DNA from: Chloroflexota bacterium
GTDB lineage: Bacteria; Chloroflexota; Limnocylindria; Limnocylindrales; CSP1-4
Assembly (NCBI GenBank): GCA_042408535.1
Contig: JBHORA010000076.1
Location: 624 to 64,623, forward strand
Reading direction: 5' to 3'
DNA length: 64,000 bases
Below, in pieces: positions 26,708 to 36,904 of this stretch. The stretch's first letter is position 1, and each line of letters starts with the position of its first letter. Made by a program: the position numbers and the translations under genes. The notes under the pieces were generated by a model. That model was not told the origin of the DNA. It did no database searches and was given only the letters and a program-made list of their open reading frames with translations.

Positions 26708-27190
26708 ATGCGGTTCAGCGAATGGCGGGCGACGGCGCCCAGGAGGGAGGCGGTCTCGCCGACGGTCATGGCTGTCCTCGAGCCGGTTCTCGAGAGTCTC
26801 GGAGCCGGCCGCGACCCAGAGTGCTGGGTGAGCTGGGGGGACGACCCCGGTCTCCGCTGGACCCTCCTCGCCCCGACCCCGGCCGGTCTCGTCGAAGCGA
26901 GCGTTCGGGTGAACGTCCCGGGGGAGGGGCCCCGGGCGGCGGCGAAGCTCGTCCGCTGGCCGCGGGTCCAGATCGGCGACCTCACCGTCGAGAGTCAGGG
27001 TGGCCACCGCTTCGTCAGCCTCCAGGTCGAGGGGCTCGTTCTCCGGGGCGTCGATGGGGAGGCGGACCGGATCGCGGCCTTCGTCCGGCGGCTCCTGGAC
27101 GCGGCCGACGGCCGGGCCGCAGCCGAGGCCAGCGCCGCGGCCCGCCCAGGCCGGGGCCGCCGCCATCGCTCGGCGTCCGGCGGCGATTGA
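26708..27190 (+). CDS. Hypothetical protein
   Basis: ATG 26708 preceded by GAAGGAG, within track ORF 26615..27190. Coding-like GC3. No recognisable domain. Confidence 0.5.
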   Translation: MRFSEWRATAPRREAVSPTVMAVLEPVLESLGAGRDPECWVSWGDDPGLRWTLLAPTPAGLVEASVRVNVPGEGPRAAAKLVRWPRVQIGDLTVESQGGHRFVSLQVEGLVLRGVDGEADRIAAFVRRLLDAADGRAAAEASAAARPGRGRRHRSASGGD

Positions 27191-27205
27191 GGCGGTCCGC
27201 GTCGA

Positions 27206-27889
27206 GTGTCTGGGGCGGGCCTCCGTCAGGCCCTCGCCCGCTTCGTCGCTCGCCTCCTCGTTCGCTCGTACCTGCGGGTTCGAGTCGAGGGGCTCGAGGA
27301 CCTGCCGCCGGGTGCTGCCGTCCTCTGCTTCAGCCATGCGAACTGGGCCGACCCGATCGTCCTCCTCGCCGTCCTGCCGTCGCGGCCGACGACGTTCTTC
27401 TTTGGACCCCTCGAGGCCGACATGCGACGCGGGATCCGGAACCGCCTCATCAGTCTGTCGGCCCTGGCCGTCCCGGCGCCACCCGGTCGCCCGCACGGTG
27501 CACTCCGACGAGCCGAAGCAATCCTCGCCCGAGGGGAGCGGCTCGCCATCGCCGGCGAAGGCCGGATCCACGCCCGCGAACGAGAGATCCTGCCGCTCCT
27601 TCCCGGACCGGCCTATCTCGCCCTTCGAACCGGGGCCCCCCTCGTCCCGGTCGCCGTCGTCGGGACGACCTGGCTCGCTTTCGGCCGACGGGTTCGGATC
27701 CGGATCGGGCGGCCGATCGAGCCGCCCGGCGGAGGGAAGCGGCGAGTCGCCATCACCGAGCTGAGCGAAGCCTGCCGGGCCCGCCTCCTGGCCCTCGTCG
27801 CCGATGCCCCCGAGCTGTCGCCCCCGGGCCCGTTCGGTCGCTGGCTGACCGACCTCTTCAACGACTGGCCCGGAGGACGGCGGCCGTAA
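27206..27889 (+). CDS. Lysophospholipid (1-acyl-sn-glycerol-3-phosphate) acyltransferase family protein
   Basis: HX4D motif (FSHANWAD) and a downstream AGEGR-type block (IAGEGRIH). 227 aa, GTG start. Confidence 0.75.
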   Translation: MSGAGLRQALARFVARLLVRSYLRVRVEGLEDLPPGAAVLCFSHANWADPIVLLAVLPSRPTTFFFGPLEADMRRGIRNRLISLSALAVPAPPGRPHGALRRAEAILARGERLAIAGEGRIHAREREILPLLPGPAYLALRTGAPLVPVAVVGTTWLAFGRRVRIRIGRPIEPPGGGKRRVAITELSEACRARLLALVADAPELSPPGPFGRWLTDLFNDWPGGRRP

Positions 27890-28112
27890 GGCGGGATCCT
27901 CGGACGATGGGCCGGGCCCGGAGGGTTCGCTGGGTTCGGGCTGAGCTCGGCGGTGCGTCGGGTTCTTGACCGGGCCCGGAGGGTTCGCTCGGCGCTCGGA
28001 GGGTCGCGAGTTCGTCGGCGACGCCGGCCTGGAGGCCCGTCGGTTCACCGCGCCGGAGCGGACGGAGGACTGGCATACTCCGGGGAGCAGCATCGTCCGC
28101 AGGGAGGAATCT

Positions 28113-28478
28113 GTGACCGTCACCGGACTCTCCGCCAGCCCCGAGGAATACCGCGCTCGCCTCGCCGAGCAGCCGGACGCCCAGATCGACGCCTGGGCCG
28201 CGGAGCTCATGCGCGACGTCGCCATCAGGCGCGGCGTCGTCCGCGTCGTCGAGGACGTCCTCCGAACGGCACAGCTCGACGAGGCGACGTTCGAACGGGT
28301 GTTCGCAGCCGGCGGTGGACCACCGGCGACGATCGGTCGCGACCCGGCCGGCCGGCTCGTCGTGCCGGCCATCACCCTCCATGCCCTCGTGCCAGGCCTC
28401 CGGTCCCTCTTCCCGGACGCTCGGGAGCGGCTCATCGACTACCTCGTCGCCAACTTCGAGGAACTCGTGTACGTCTAG
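28113..28478 (+). CDS. Hypothetical protein
   Basis: GTG 28113 preceded by GGGAGG, inside track ORF 27966..28478. Coding-like GC3. Confidence 0.45.
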   Translation: MTVTGLSASPEEYRARLAEQPDAQIDAWAAELMRDVAIRRGVVRVVEDVLRTAQLDEATFERVFAAGGGPPATIGRDPAGRLVVPAITLHALVPGLRSLFPDARERLIDYLVANFEELVYV

Positions 28479-28569
28479 CTCGGAGCCCCTCGGGGCGTCG
28501 CCCTCGCCAGCGTCGCCCTCGCCAGGGTCGCCCCAGGCCGATCGGGCGTTCCTCCGGCAAGCGCCGTGG

Positions 28570-29394
28570 GTGCTCCGGCGGCTCCTCGGGCTCGTCTGGG
28601 TTGGCCATCCCTGGCCGTCGCTCCTCGACGGGCTCGTGGCGAGTTCGATCGCCCTCTTCGCCGGAGCCGACGGCGATGTCGCCCTTCGGCTCGGGGTCGG
28701 GATGACCGCCCTTCAGCTCGCCATCGGCGCCACGAACGATCTCGTCGACGCCGAACGCGACGCCGCGACCGGACGCCGAAAGCCGCTCCCCCTCGGCCTC
28801 GTCGGACGGGGGACCGCGGCGGCCGTCGCCCTCGGGGCCGGTCTCGTTGGCCTCGTTTTGGCAGCCTCCGTCGACCTCTTCCTCTTCGGGATCGCGGCGG
28901 TCGGTCTTGGCCTCGGCCTCGCCTACGACCTCCGTCTCCGCGCCCTCGATCTTGGTTGGCTCGCCTTCGTCGCCGGCCTTCCCCTCCTCGTCCTCTACGG
29001 CTGGCTCGGCGGCGCGGAAACCCTGGGCGGGCCGATCCTCCTCCTGGCGGTCGCCTCCGGTCCAGCCGGCTTCGGACTGGCCATCGCGAACGCTCGCCGC
29101 GATGTCGCGAGCGATCGCTCCGTCGGAGCCCGGAACCTCGCCATCCGCCTCGGACCGTCCGCCGGCCGGGTGACGGTCCTCGCCTACGGGCTCGCCCTCC
29201 TTCTCGCCGTCCTCGGTCTCCTCGCCTGGGGTGGGGGAGGGCTCGGTCTCGGGCTCGTCGGGGCGGGGGCCGGGACCATCGTCGTCGGCCTCCTCCTGCC
29301 CGTCCGAGCCCGGGCCTGGGAGGTCCAGGCGGTGGGGCTCGCCATCGTCGCCGTCGGCTGGCTCGCCGCACTCCGGGCGAACGGAGCGCTCTGA
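28570..29394 (+). CDS. UbiA-superfamily prenyltransferase
   Basis: Polytopic membrane protein with an Asp-rich motif (ATNDLVDAERD). Start uncertain: GTG 28570 is the first canonical start after the upstream gene in the 28315..29394 frame. Confidence 0.65.
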   Translation: MLRRLLGLVWVGHPWPSLLDGLVASSIALFAGADGDVALRLGVGMTALQLAIGATNDLVDAERDAATGRRKPLPLGLVGRGTAAAVALGAGLVGLVLAASVDLFLFGIAAVGLGLGLAYDLRLRALDLGWLAFVAGLPLLVLYGWLGGAETLGGPILLLAVASGPAGFGLAIANARRDVASDRSVGARNLAIRLGPSAGRVTVLAYGLALLLAVLGLLAWGGGGLGLGLVGAGAGTIVVGLLLPVRARAWEVQAVGLAIVAVGWLAALRANGAL

Positions 29395-29570
29395 AGCTTC
29401 TCGTCGGCCGTGGCGGTGCCAGGGAGCGCCGCCGATGGCTGTCCGGTCCCTCGGAAGCCCAACGGGCGCCTAACGGATGCGCCCCCGGTTCGTTTCCGCC
29501 AGTGAGGCGGCATCCCGGTGCCGCGGAATGACCCGTCTGGTGTCGAATCAGCTTGGAAGGAACGCCGATC

Positions 29571-29978
29571 GTGTACCGACCACGACCGATCCTCGCCGCC
29601 CTCGCCGCCCTCGCCCTTTCGGCCGGGGTCGTCCTGGGCGCCAATCCGCCATCTGCCGCCGACCACGGCCTGTCCACGGCCGCCAAGGCGTCGGGCACGA
29701 CCGTGCCGCCGGCGGCGCCTCAGGCGTCCGAGGCGCCGGAGCCGTCCGAGGCGCCGGAGCACCCGGACAACCACGGCGCCGTCGTCTCCCAGGCGGCGCA
29801 GGGCGAGACGCCCGCGGGCTGGGCGAACCACGGTGCCTACGTCTCGGCGGTGGCGCGTGGCCTCGTCGAACCCGGGGCGGTCGCTCCAGCGGAGGCGGTC
29901 GCCAACGGCGGTCGCCTGAAGCCGCACAAGCCGGCGCATCCGACCGGAGGCAAGCCCGACGGAGTCGGCCGGCCGTGA
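29571..29978 (+). CDS. Small secreted protein (signal peptide, Pro/Ala-rich), hypothetical
   Basis: GTG 29571 preceded by GGAAGGAA. Signal-like N-terminus RPRPILAALAALALSAGVVLGA. Confidence 0.5.
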   Translation: MYRPRPILAALAALALSAGVVLGANPPSAADHGLSTAAKASGTTVPPAAPQASEAPEPSEAPEHPDNHGAVVSQAAQGETPAGWANHGAYVSAVARGLVEPGAVAPAEAVANGGRLKPHKPAHPTGGKPDGVGRP

Positions 29979-30059
29979 GCTGACCGGGCTCGGCCCGGCT
30001 TCGACCAGGGGCCATCGCTTCGTCGCCGGTCCCGGACCCGGCGGCGCGCGGTACAACAA

Positions 30060-30089
30060 GAGCGGCCGGCGCGAAGGCGCCGGCCGCTC
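30060..30089. terminator. Perfect 13-bp stem / GAAG loop hairpin, likely bidirectional terminator
   Basis: GAGCGGCCGGCGC-GAAG-GCGCCGGCCGCTC between convergent genes (29978 end, 30324 end). Flanked by ATTGT on the + strand and TTGTTGT on the - strand. Confidence 0.7.
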
Positions 30090-30323
30090 ATTGTCGGTCG
30101 CCAATCGGCAGCCCGTTCGGTCGTGGGTTCTGCCGGCCCGGGTTCGTCGGCTCATCGGTCGCCGTCGTCCCGCGAGTCCGGTGCTCCCTCCCGCCCTCGG
30201 CCAGAAACTCGGCCGCCTGCGATCCTCCCGCGTGCCCTCCGCCGCGGTGTCGACCGTCGGGAGGTCGACGGTCGCCGGTTTGAGCCCCGAGGGAGCCGTC
30301 TTGCCGCCGACCCGGACGCTGGC

Positions 30324-31349
30324 TTAGGCGGATCGATCCTCGCTCCGGGTCGCGCTTCGGACGAGGGCGATGGCGTTCTCGAGCTTCAGCTTGGCGATGG
30401 TCAGGTACTTGGCGAGGTTCGTCCGGTCGACCTCTCCGATCTCGGCCAGGACGGCCGGGTTCTGGAGGACGCCGACGAGCTCCTCGACGGCCTCCGCCAG
30501 CTGTCGCTTCGCGGCCACGAGGGAGTCGTCCCGGAGCTCGGTCGCCGAAGAGGGGCGCGCTGCCCAGTCGGCCTCGTCGGGCGAACCACCATCAGTGGGA
30601 GGCGAGGCTTCGGCTGGCCCCTCGCCCTCGCCAGCGGCTGCCCGGCGGCGCCGGATCCCCTCGATCCGCTCCTTGAGCTTGACGAGGCTCAACTCGCCCC
30701 GGGCGACCTGTTCGGCAAGGCGCCGCCGTCGCTTCGGGTCCTCGACCTTCAGGAGCTCATAGGCATGGGAGAGGGTGTCTTTGCGTACGGACACGAGTTC
30801 CTTGATCTCGGGCGGCGCGTCGGCGAGACGGAGCCGGTTCTCGAGGTAGCCCTTGTCCTTGCCGAGCTTCTGGGCGAGGCGGCGGATGGAATAGCCGTGC
30901 TCGCGGACCATCCGGTCGTAGAGCATCGCCTCCTCGAGGGGCGACAGGTCTTCGCGCTGAAGGTTCTCGATGATGGCAATCTCGAGGGCGGTATCGTCGT
31001 CGATCTCCTCGATGAGGGCCGGAATCGTCTCGAGGCCGGCTCGCTTCGAGGCGCGCCAGCGGCGCTCCCCGGCGACGAGCTGGTAGCGCCCCTGCTCGCG
31101 GGGCCGAACGAGGATGGGCTGGAGGACGCCGTGCTCGCGGATCGAGGCGGCGAGCTCCTCGAGGGCGGCTTCGTCGAACTCCATCCGGGGCTGGTCCGGG
31201 TTCGGCTCGATCCGATCGAGGGGGATGAGGCGGACGCCCTGCTTGCGGCCGGTGCCTTCGGGCGAGAGAAGGCTGACGATGGCGGGGGAGAGCTCGCGCT
31301 CCTCGGAGAGGCGCCGCGCGGCGGCGGCCCGAAAGTCAGGGCGTGGCAA
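30324..31349 (-). CDS. parB: Chromosome partitioning protein ParB/Spo0J
   Basis: ParB box (IEPNPDQPRMEFDEAALEELAASIREHGVLQPILVR, LVAGERRWRA) and an HTH region. TTG start overlaps the parA 3' end by 14 nt. Confidence 0.92.
   Translation of the reverse strand: MPRPDFRAAAARRLSEERELSPAIVSLLSPEGTGRKQGVRLIPLDRIEPNPDQPRMEFDEAALEELAASIREHGVLQPILVRPREQGRYQLVAGERRWRASKRAGLETIPALIEEIDDDTALEIAIIENLQREDLSPLEEAMLYDRMVREHGYSIRRLAQKLGKDKGYLENRLRLADAPPEIKELVSVRKDTLSHAYELLKVEDPKRRRRLAEQVARGELSLVKLKERIEGIRRRRAAAGEGEGPAEASPPTDGGSPDEADWAARPSSATELRDDSLVAAKRQLAEAVEELVGVLQNPAVLAEIGEVDRTNLAKYLTIAKLKLENAIALVRSATRSEDRSA
30776..30796. promoter_or_regulatory. Copy A of the 21-nt motif TGTCTTTGCGTACGGACACGA (inside parB)
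   Basis: Identical 21-mer to 32446-32466. Encodes VSVRKDT on the parB strand. Confidence 0.7.
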
Positions 31350-32106
31350 GGTCGATCACCTCCCGAGCCAGGTCACGGTACGTCTTCGCCGCCTCGGACA
31401 GGGCGGCGTAGGTCGTGATCGGGCGTCCGGCGAGGGGCGCCTCGCCGAGCTTCACCGTGTTCCGAACGATGGTGTTGAAGACGTGGTGGTTGCCGACGAC
31501 CCGGAGCTCCTCGAGCATGTCTCGGGCGAGGTTCGTCCGGCTGTCGAAGAAGGTCGGCAGAAGACCGAGGATGCGGAGGTCCCGGTTCAGCTTCGTCCGG
31601 ATCGTGTTGATGACCTTGACGAGGTTGTTCAGGCCCTTCATCGCGTAGTACTGGGTCTGAACCGGGATGATGACGCTGTCGGCGGCGACGAGGCCGTTTA
31701 CCGTCAGGAGGCCGAGGTTCGGCGGGCAGTCGATGAGGACGTAGTCGTACTTGGCAACGCGGCCGGCGATGGCGTCCCGGAGGATCGACTCGCGGCCGAG
31801 CATGGTAAAGAGCTCGCCCTCGGTGCTGGCGAGGTCGATGTGGGCCGGGGCCACGTCGATCCCCTCGACCTCGGTGGGGAGGATGACCTCGTCGAGGCTC
31901 GCCCGCCCGTCGGACAGGACGTCGGCCATCGAGCGCTCGACGGTGTTCAGGTTGATCCCGAGGCCAGCGGTGAGGTTTGCCTGGGGATCCATGTCGATGC
32001 AGAGGACCCGATAACCGGCTTCGGCGAGGGCGCCGGCGAGATTGATCGCTGTCGTCGTCTTGCCGACTCCACCCTTCTGGTTCGCGATCGCGATGACCTG
32101 TGTCAC
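31336..32106 (-). CDS. parA: Chromosome partitioning ATPase ParA/Soj
   Basis: GTG 32106 preceded by GAGGTGAG. Deviant Walker A (IANQKGGVGKTTT). The upstream part of track ORF 31336..32229 is rejected. Confidence 0.92.
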   Translation of the reverse strand: MTQVIAIANQKGGVGKTTTAINLAGALAEAGYRVLCIDMDPQANLTAGLGINLNTVERSMADVLSDGRASLDEVILPTEVEGIDVAPAHIDLASTEGELFTMLGRESILRDAIAGRVAKYDYVLIDCPPNLGLLTVNGLVAADSVIIPVQTQYYAMKGLNNLVKVINTIRTKLNRDLRILGLLPTFFDSRTNLARDMLEELRVVGNHHVFNTIVRNTVKLGEAPLAGRPITTYAALSEAAKTYRDLAREVIDLATP

Positions 32107-32262
32107 CCGGGACTCACCTCGTGGCTCGTAGGTTGACGTCGCTGCCCCGCTCCGGCGCTCCAGCACTCCGTGGCGGGGCTCGCGAGTTCGTCGACACCGC
32201 CGCCGACCGAACGTCGCCTGGGGCCTCATCCTACCGCAGCCGGGTTGGGCCGGGCAGCACGG

Positions 32263-32305
32263 TTATCCACAGGTTCGTCGAGTTGTGCACCGTCGTTGTG
32301 GATAT
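32263..32305. promoter_or_regulatory. Pair of inverted DnaA-box-like 9-mers
   Basis: TTATCCACA (32263-32271, perfect consensus) and TGTGGATAT (32297-32305, 8/9 on the opposite strand). Located in the parA / carboxyltransferase divergent intergenic region. Confidence 0.6.
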
Positions 32306-32445
32306 CTCGCGGACGTTCGCCTCGCTCCTTCGGCGCTGATGGCTGGTCCGGCTGCGGCCCCGAACGGGGACGGCAGCTGCCATTGTCGCCGTCCCGCCAC
32401 CCCGGGCGGAGCCAGGTGGGAGCGTCGGCCTCTATGATGTCGGCC

Positions 32446-32466
32446 TGTCTTTGCGTACGGACACGA
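32446..32466. promoter_or_regulatory. Copy B of the 21-nt motif TGTCTTTGCGTACGGACACGA
   Basis: Located 27 nt upstream of the carboxyltransferase GTG start. Identical to copy A. Confidence 0.7.
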
Positions 32467-32492
32467 CGAAGCCGAGACGAGGGAGGACGGCG

Positions 32493-34040
32493 GTGCCGAC
32501 GAACCGGGAGCGACTCGAACGCCTCGAGCGACTGCGAGCCCAGGCGCGGCTCGGCGGGGGTCAAGAGCGGATCGATCGCCAACACGCGGCTGGGAAGCTG
32601 ACCGCCCGAGAGCGGCTCGACCTCCTCCTCGATCCGGGCTCCTTCGTCGAGCTCGACGCCTTCGTCACCCACCGGACGACGTCCTTCGACATGGAGCGGA
32701 TCCTCGGCGATGGGGTCGTGACCGGCCACGGGACGATCGACGGCCGCCTCGTCTTCGTCTTCAGCCAGGACTTCACCGTCTTCGGCGGGTCCCTCTCTGA
32801 GGCCTATGCCGAGAAAATCTGCAAGATCATGGATTTGGCCATGAAGGTCGGGGCGCCGATCATCGGCCTCAACGACTCCGGCGGGGCGCGGATCCAGGAG
32901 GGGGTCGCCTCGCTCGGGGGCTATGCGGAGATCTTCCTCCGCAATGTCCTCGCCTCGGGGGTCGTTCCCCAGCTCTCGGTCATCATGGGTCCTTGTGCCG
33001 GTGGAGCCGTCTACTCCCCGGCGATGACCGACTTCACGATCATGGTCGAAGGGACGAGCTACATGTTCGTCACCGGTCCGAACGTCGTCCGGACCGTCAC
33101 CCACGAGGACGTCGACAGCGAGTTCCTCGGCGGCGCGACGACCCACACGACGAAGAGCGGTGTCGCCCACCTCGCCGCCCCCGACGAGGCGAGCGCCCTC
33201 GACCTCGTTCGCCGACTTCTCTCCTACTTGCCCCAGAACAACCTCGACGATCCGCCCGTCGTCGCCAGCGACGATCCGCCCGACCGGGCCGACCCCCTCC
33301 TCGACGAGATCGTCCCCGAGGATCCGCGGAAGCCCTACGACATGCGGACCGTCATCGAGCGGGTCGTCGACGACGGCGTCTTCCTCGAGATCCAGCCTGC
33401 CTGGGCGCAGAACATCATCGTCGGCTTCGCGCGCCTCGGAGGGCGGAGCGTCGGCGTTGTCGCCCAGCAGCCCTCGGTCCTGGCCGGTGCCCTCGACATC
33501 GACGCCTCGGTGAAGGCGGCCCGCTTCGTTCGCACCTGTGATTGCTTCAACGTCCCCCTCGTCACCTTCGTCGACGTGCCGGGTTTCCTGCCGGGTGTCG
33601 CCCAGGAGCACGGTGGGATCATCAGACACGGTGCGAAGCTTCTCTACGCCTACTGCGAGGCGACGGTCCCGAAGGTGACCGTCATCACCCGGAAGGCGTA
33701 CGGCGGCGCCTACGACGTCATGAGCAGCAAGCACATCCGCGGCGATCTCAACTTCGCCTGGCCGACGGCCGAGATCGCGGTCATGGGTGCCGAGGGGGCC
33801 GTGAACATCATCTTCCGTGACGAGATCGCCCGCTCGCCTGATCCCGAGGCGACCCGGGCGAGGCTCGTGGCGGAGTACGAAGCCGAGTTCAACAACCCGT
33901 ACGTGGCGGCCGCCCGGGGCTACATCGACGAGGTCATCCCACCCTCCGAGACCCGAAGCCGCCTCGTTCGGTCCCTCGAGGTCCTCGCCGACAAGCGCGA
34001 CACGAATCCCCGCAAGAAGCATGGCAACATCCCCCTGTGA
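32493..34040 (+). CDS. pccB: Acyl-CoA (propionyl-CoA) carboxylase carboxyltransferase beta subunit
   Basis: GTG 32493 preceded by GGGAGGA. AccD5/PccB-type sequence ([57 protein letters not shown]). Confidence 0.92.
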   Translation: MPTNRERLERLERLRAQARLGGGQERIDRQHAAGKLTARERLDLLLDPGSFVELDAFVTHRTTSFDMERILGDGVVTGHGTIDGRLVFVFSQDFTVFGGSLSEAYAEKICKIMDLAMKVGAPIIGLNDSGGARIQEGVASLGGYAEIFLRNVLASGVVPQLSVIMGPCAGGAVYSPAMTDFTIMVEGTSYMFVTGPNVVRTVTHEDVDSEFLGGATTHTTKSGVAHLAAPDEASALDLVRRLLSYLPQNNLDDPPVVASDDPPDRADPLLDEIVPEDPRKPYDMRTVIERVVDDGVFLEIQPAWAQNIIVGFARLGGRSVGVVAQQPSVLAGALDIDASVKAARFVRTCDCFNVPLVTFVDVPGFLPGVAQEHGGIIRHGAKLLYAYCEATVPKVTVITRKAYGGAYDVMSSKHIRGDLNFAWPTAEIAVMGAEGAVNIIFRDEIARSPDPEATRARLVAEYEAEFNNPYVAAARGYIDEVIPPSETRSRLVRSLEVLADKRDTNPRKKHGNIPL

Positions 34041-34127
34041 GCCGCCCGTTTCGGTACAGGATGCTCCGGCCCCACCGGAGGTGGACCGAGCGGGAGACGT
34101 CCTCCCGGCGGCGAGGACAGCTTCGGT

Positions 34128-34148
34128 GTCGTGTCTTTACGCAAAGAC
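34128..34148. promoter_or_regulatory. Copy C of the motif (inverted orientation; near-perfect palindrome TGTCTTTACGCAAAGACA-like)
   Basis: The reverse complement GTCTTTGCGTAAAGACACGAC matches copies A and B at 19 of 21 positions. Located ~40-60 nt upstream of the biotin carboxylase start. Confidence 0.65.
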
Positions 34149-34204
34149 GAGCGCTTCGGGAGGTTCCGATGTGACTGGCGAGGATGCGCGATGAGGAGGT
34201 TCTC

Positions 34205-35841
34205 GTGAGGACGGGCGTCGGGCCCTCGGGCGGTCGCCCGGCAGGCCGTCGCGCTCCTCCCTTCCGGCGGGTTCTTGTCGCCAACCGCGGGGAGATCGCC
34301 GTCCGGATCATTCGGGCCTGTCGGGAGCTCGGGGTCGAGACGGTCGCCGTCTACAGTGACGCCGACGCCGCCGCCCTCCACGTTCGACTTGCCGATACCG
34401 CCGTCCGGATCGGCCTGCCGCCGCCGACGGAGAGCTACCTCCGGATCGACACGATCGTCGAGGCCGCCCTCCGGACGGGAGCCGAGGCGATCCACCCAGG
34501 CTACGGCTTCCTCTCCGAACGGGCCGCCTTCGCCCGGGCCGTCGAAGCGGCCGGGCTCGTCTTTGTTGGCCCCCCGGTGGCGACCATCGAGGCCCTCGGC
34601 GACAAGCTCGCCGCCCGGCGCCTCGCCCGCTCGGTGGGCGTCGACCCGGTCCCCGGTACCCTCGATCCCGCCCCGGCCGACGCGGCCGCAGACCTCGAGG
34701 CGCTCCTGGCCGCCGCGGAGGCGATCGGCTTCCCGCTCCTCGTCAAGGCAGCCGCCGGGGGCGGTGGCCGGGGGATGCGGCGCGTCGGCGGCCCGAAGGA
34801 GCTGCCGGCGGCCCTGGCAGCGGGTTCGGCTGAAGCCCGCTCGGCCTTCGGCGATGGCGCGGTCTACCTCGAGCGAGAGATCCGGCCCGCTCGCCACATC
34901 GAGGTCCAGCTCCTCGGCGACCGCTTCGGGGCCGTCGTCGCCCTCGGCGAGCGGGACTGCTCGATCCAGCGGCGGCACCAGAAGCTCGTCGAGGAGGCTC
35001 CCGCTCCGGGCCTGAGCCCCGACGAGCGACGCGCCCTCCACGAGCGGGCGGTCGCCCTCGGGCGGGCGGCCGGGCTCGAGAATGCGGCGACCGTCGAGTT
35101 CCTCCGCGACGAGGCGGGGCGCTTCTGGTTCCTCGAGGTGAACACCCGGCTCCAGGTCGAGCACCCGGTCACCGAGCTCGTGACCGGGATCGACCTCGTC
35201 CACGAGCAGCTCTGGCTCGCCGCCGGGGCCCCGCTCTCGGAGCAGGTCCTGGAGGTGGCCGCGAGGGCCGCCCAGCCCGACCGGCACGCCATCGAGGTCC
35301 GGATCGCGGCCGAGGACCCGGGCCGCGACTTCGTCCCGACCCCGGGCCGGATTGGTCGCTGGCGGATGCCAGCCGGCCCGGGCGTCCGGGTCGACACGGC
35401 GGTCGAGGCCGGCGAGCGGGTTCCGCCCGAATACGACAACCTCATCGCCAAGTGCATCGTCGTCGGTCCCGACCGGCCGACGGCCATTGCCCGGCTCCGA
35501 CGCGCCCTCGCCGAAACCGAGATCAGCGGGATCCAGACGACGCTGCCCTTCCACCGGGCCGTCGCCGCCGACCCCGCCTTCCTCGCGGGGGAGCTCTCGA
35601 CCGATTGGGTCGCCGACCGCTACGACCCGACGGGCGATCGACTCCGGGCGGCGAGGGCGGCTGCCATCGCCGCCGGCCTGGCTGCCACGGGACCTGCCAT
35701 GGCTGCCCCGGGTCCTCGACTGGGCCTGGGCGCGGGGGTGGGCGGGGGAGAGCCGGTCGGCTCGGCGGCTGCCCGTTCCGTCGGTCCGGGCCGCGATGCG
35801 AACTCCTGGCGACGGGCGGCCCGCGAGGCCGCCGTCGACCG

Positions 35842-35854
<13 letters not shown>
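34205..35854 (+). CDS. accC: Biotin carboxylase subunit (no fused BCCP domain)
   Basis: VLVANRGEIAVRIIRA, ATP-grasp region (GFPLLVKAAAGGGGRGMR), EVNTRLQVEHPVTE. GTG 34205 follows GAGGAGG; the track start ATG 34184 is an alternative. Ends before any biotinyl domain. Confidence 0.9.
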
Positions 35855-36834
<980 letters not shown>

Positions 36835-36904
36835 GGGGACCGGGAGCGACGAAGGCCCTGGAAGCCCGCTTCACAGGCGAGTCCGTCGGGTAGGCTTGGG
36901 GGCG

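Noticed and set aside
29395-29570. Structured leader or riboswitch (for example c-di-AMP/ydaO-like) upstream of the small secreted protein
   Set aside because: There are local hairpins (GGGCGC...GCGCCC, CCGCC-agtga-GGCGG) and fragments such as CCCAACGGG and TCGAATC. I cannot reconstruct a family consensus from memory with confidence; a covariance-model scan is needed.
32107-32492. Calling this intergenic region the chromosomal origin (oriC)
   Set aside because: Only two DnaA-box-like 9-mers are present. No AT-rich unwinding element is visible, no dnaA/dnaN/rpmH/rsmG lies in the window, and GC skew cannot be computed here. Reported only as a DnaA-box pair.
30324-34200. Canonical parS (TGTTTCACGTGAAACA) near parAB
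   Set aside because: I looked for CACGTG-centred 16-mers around parAB and in the neighbouring intergenic regions and found none by eye. Only the divergent TGTCTTTGCGTA-type motif is present.
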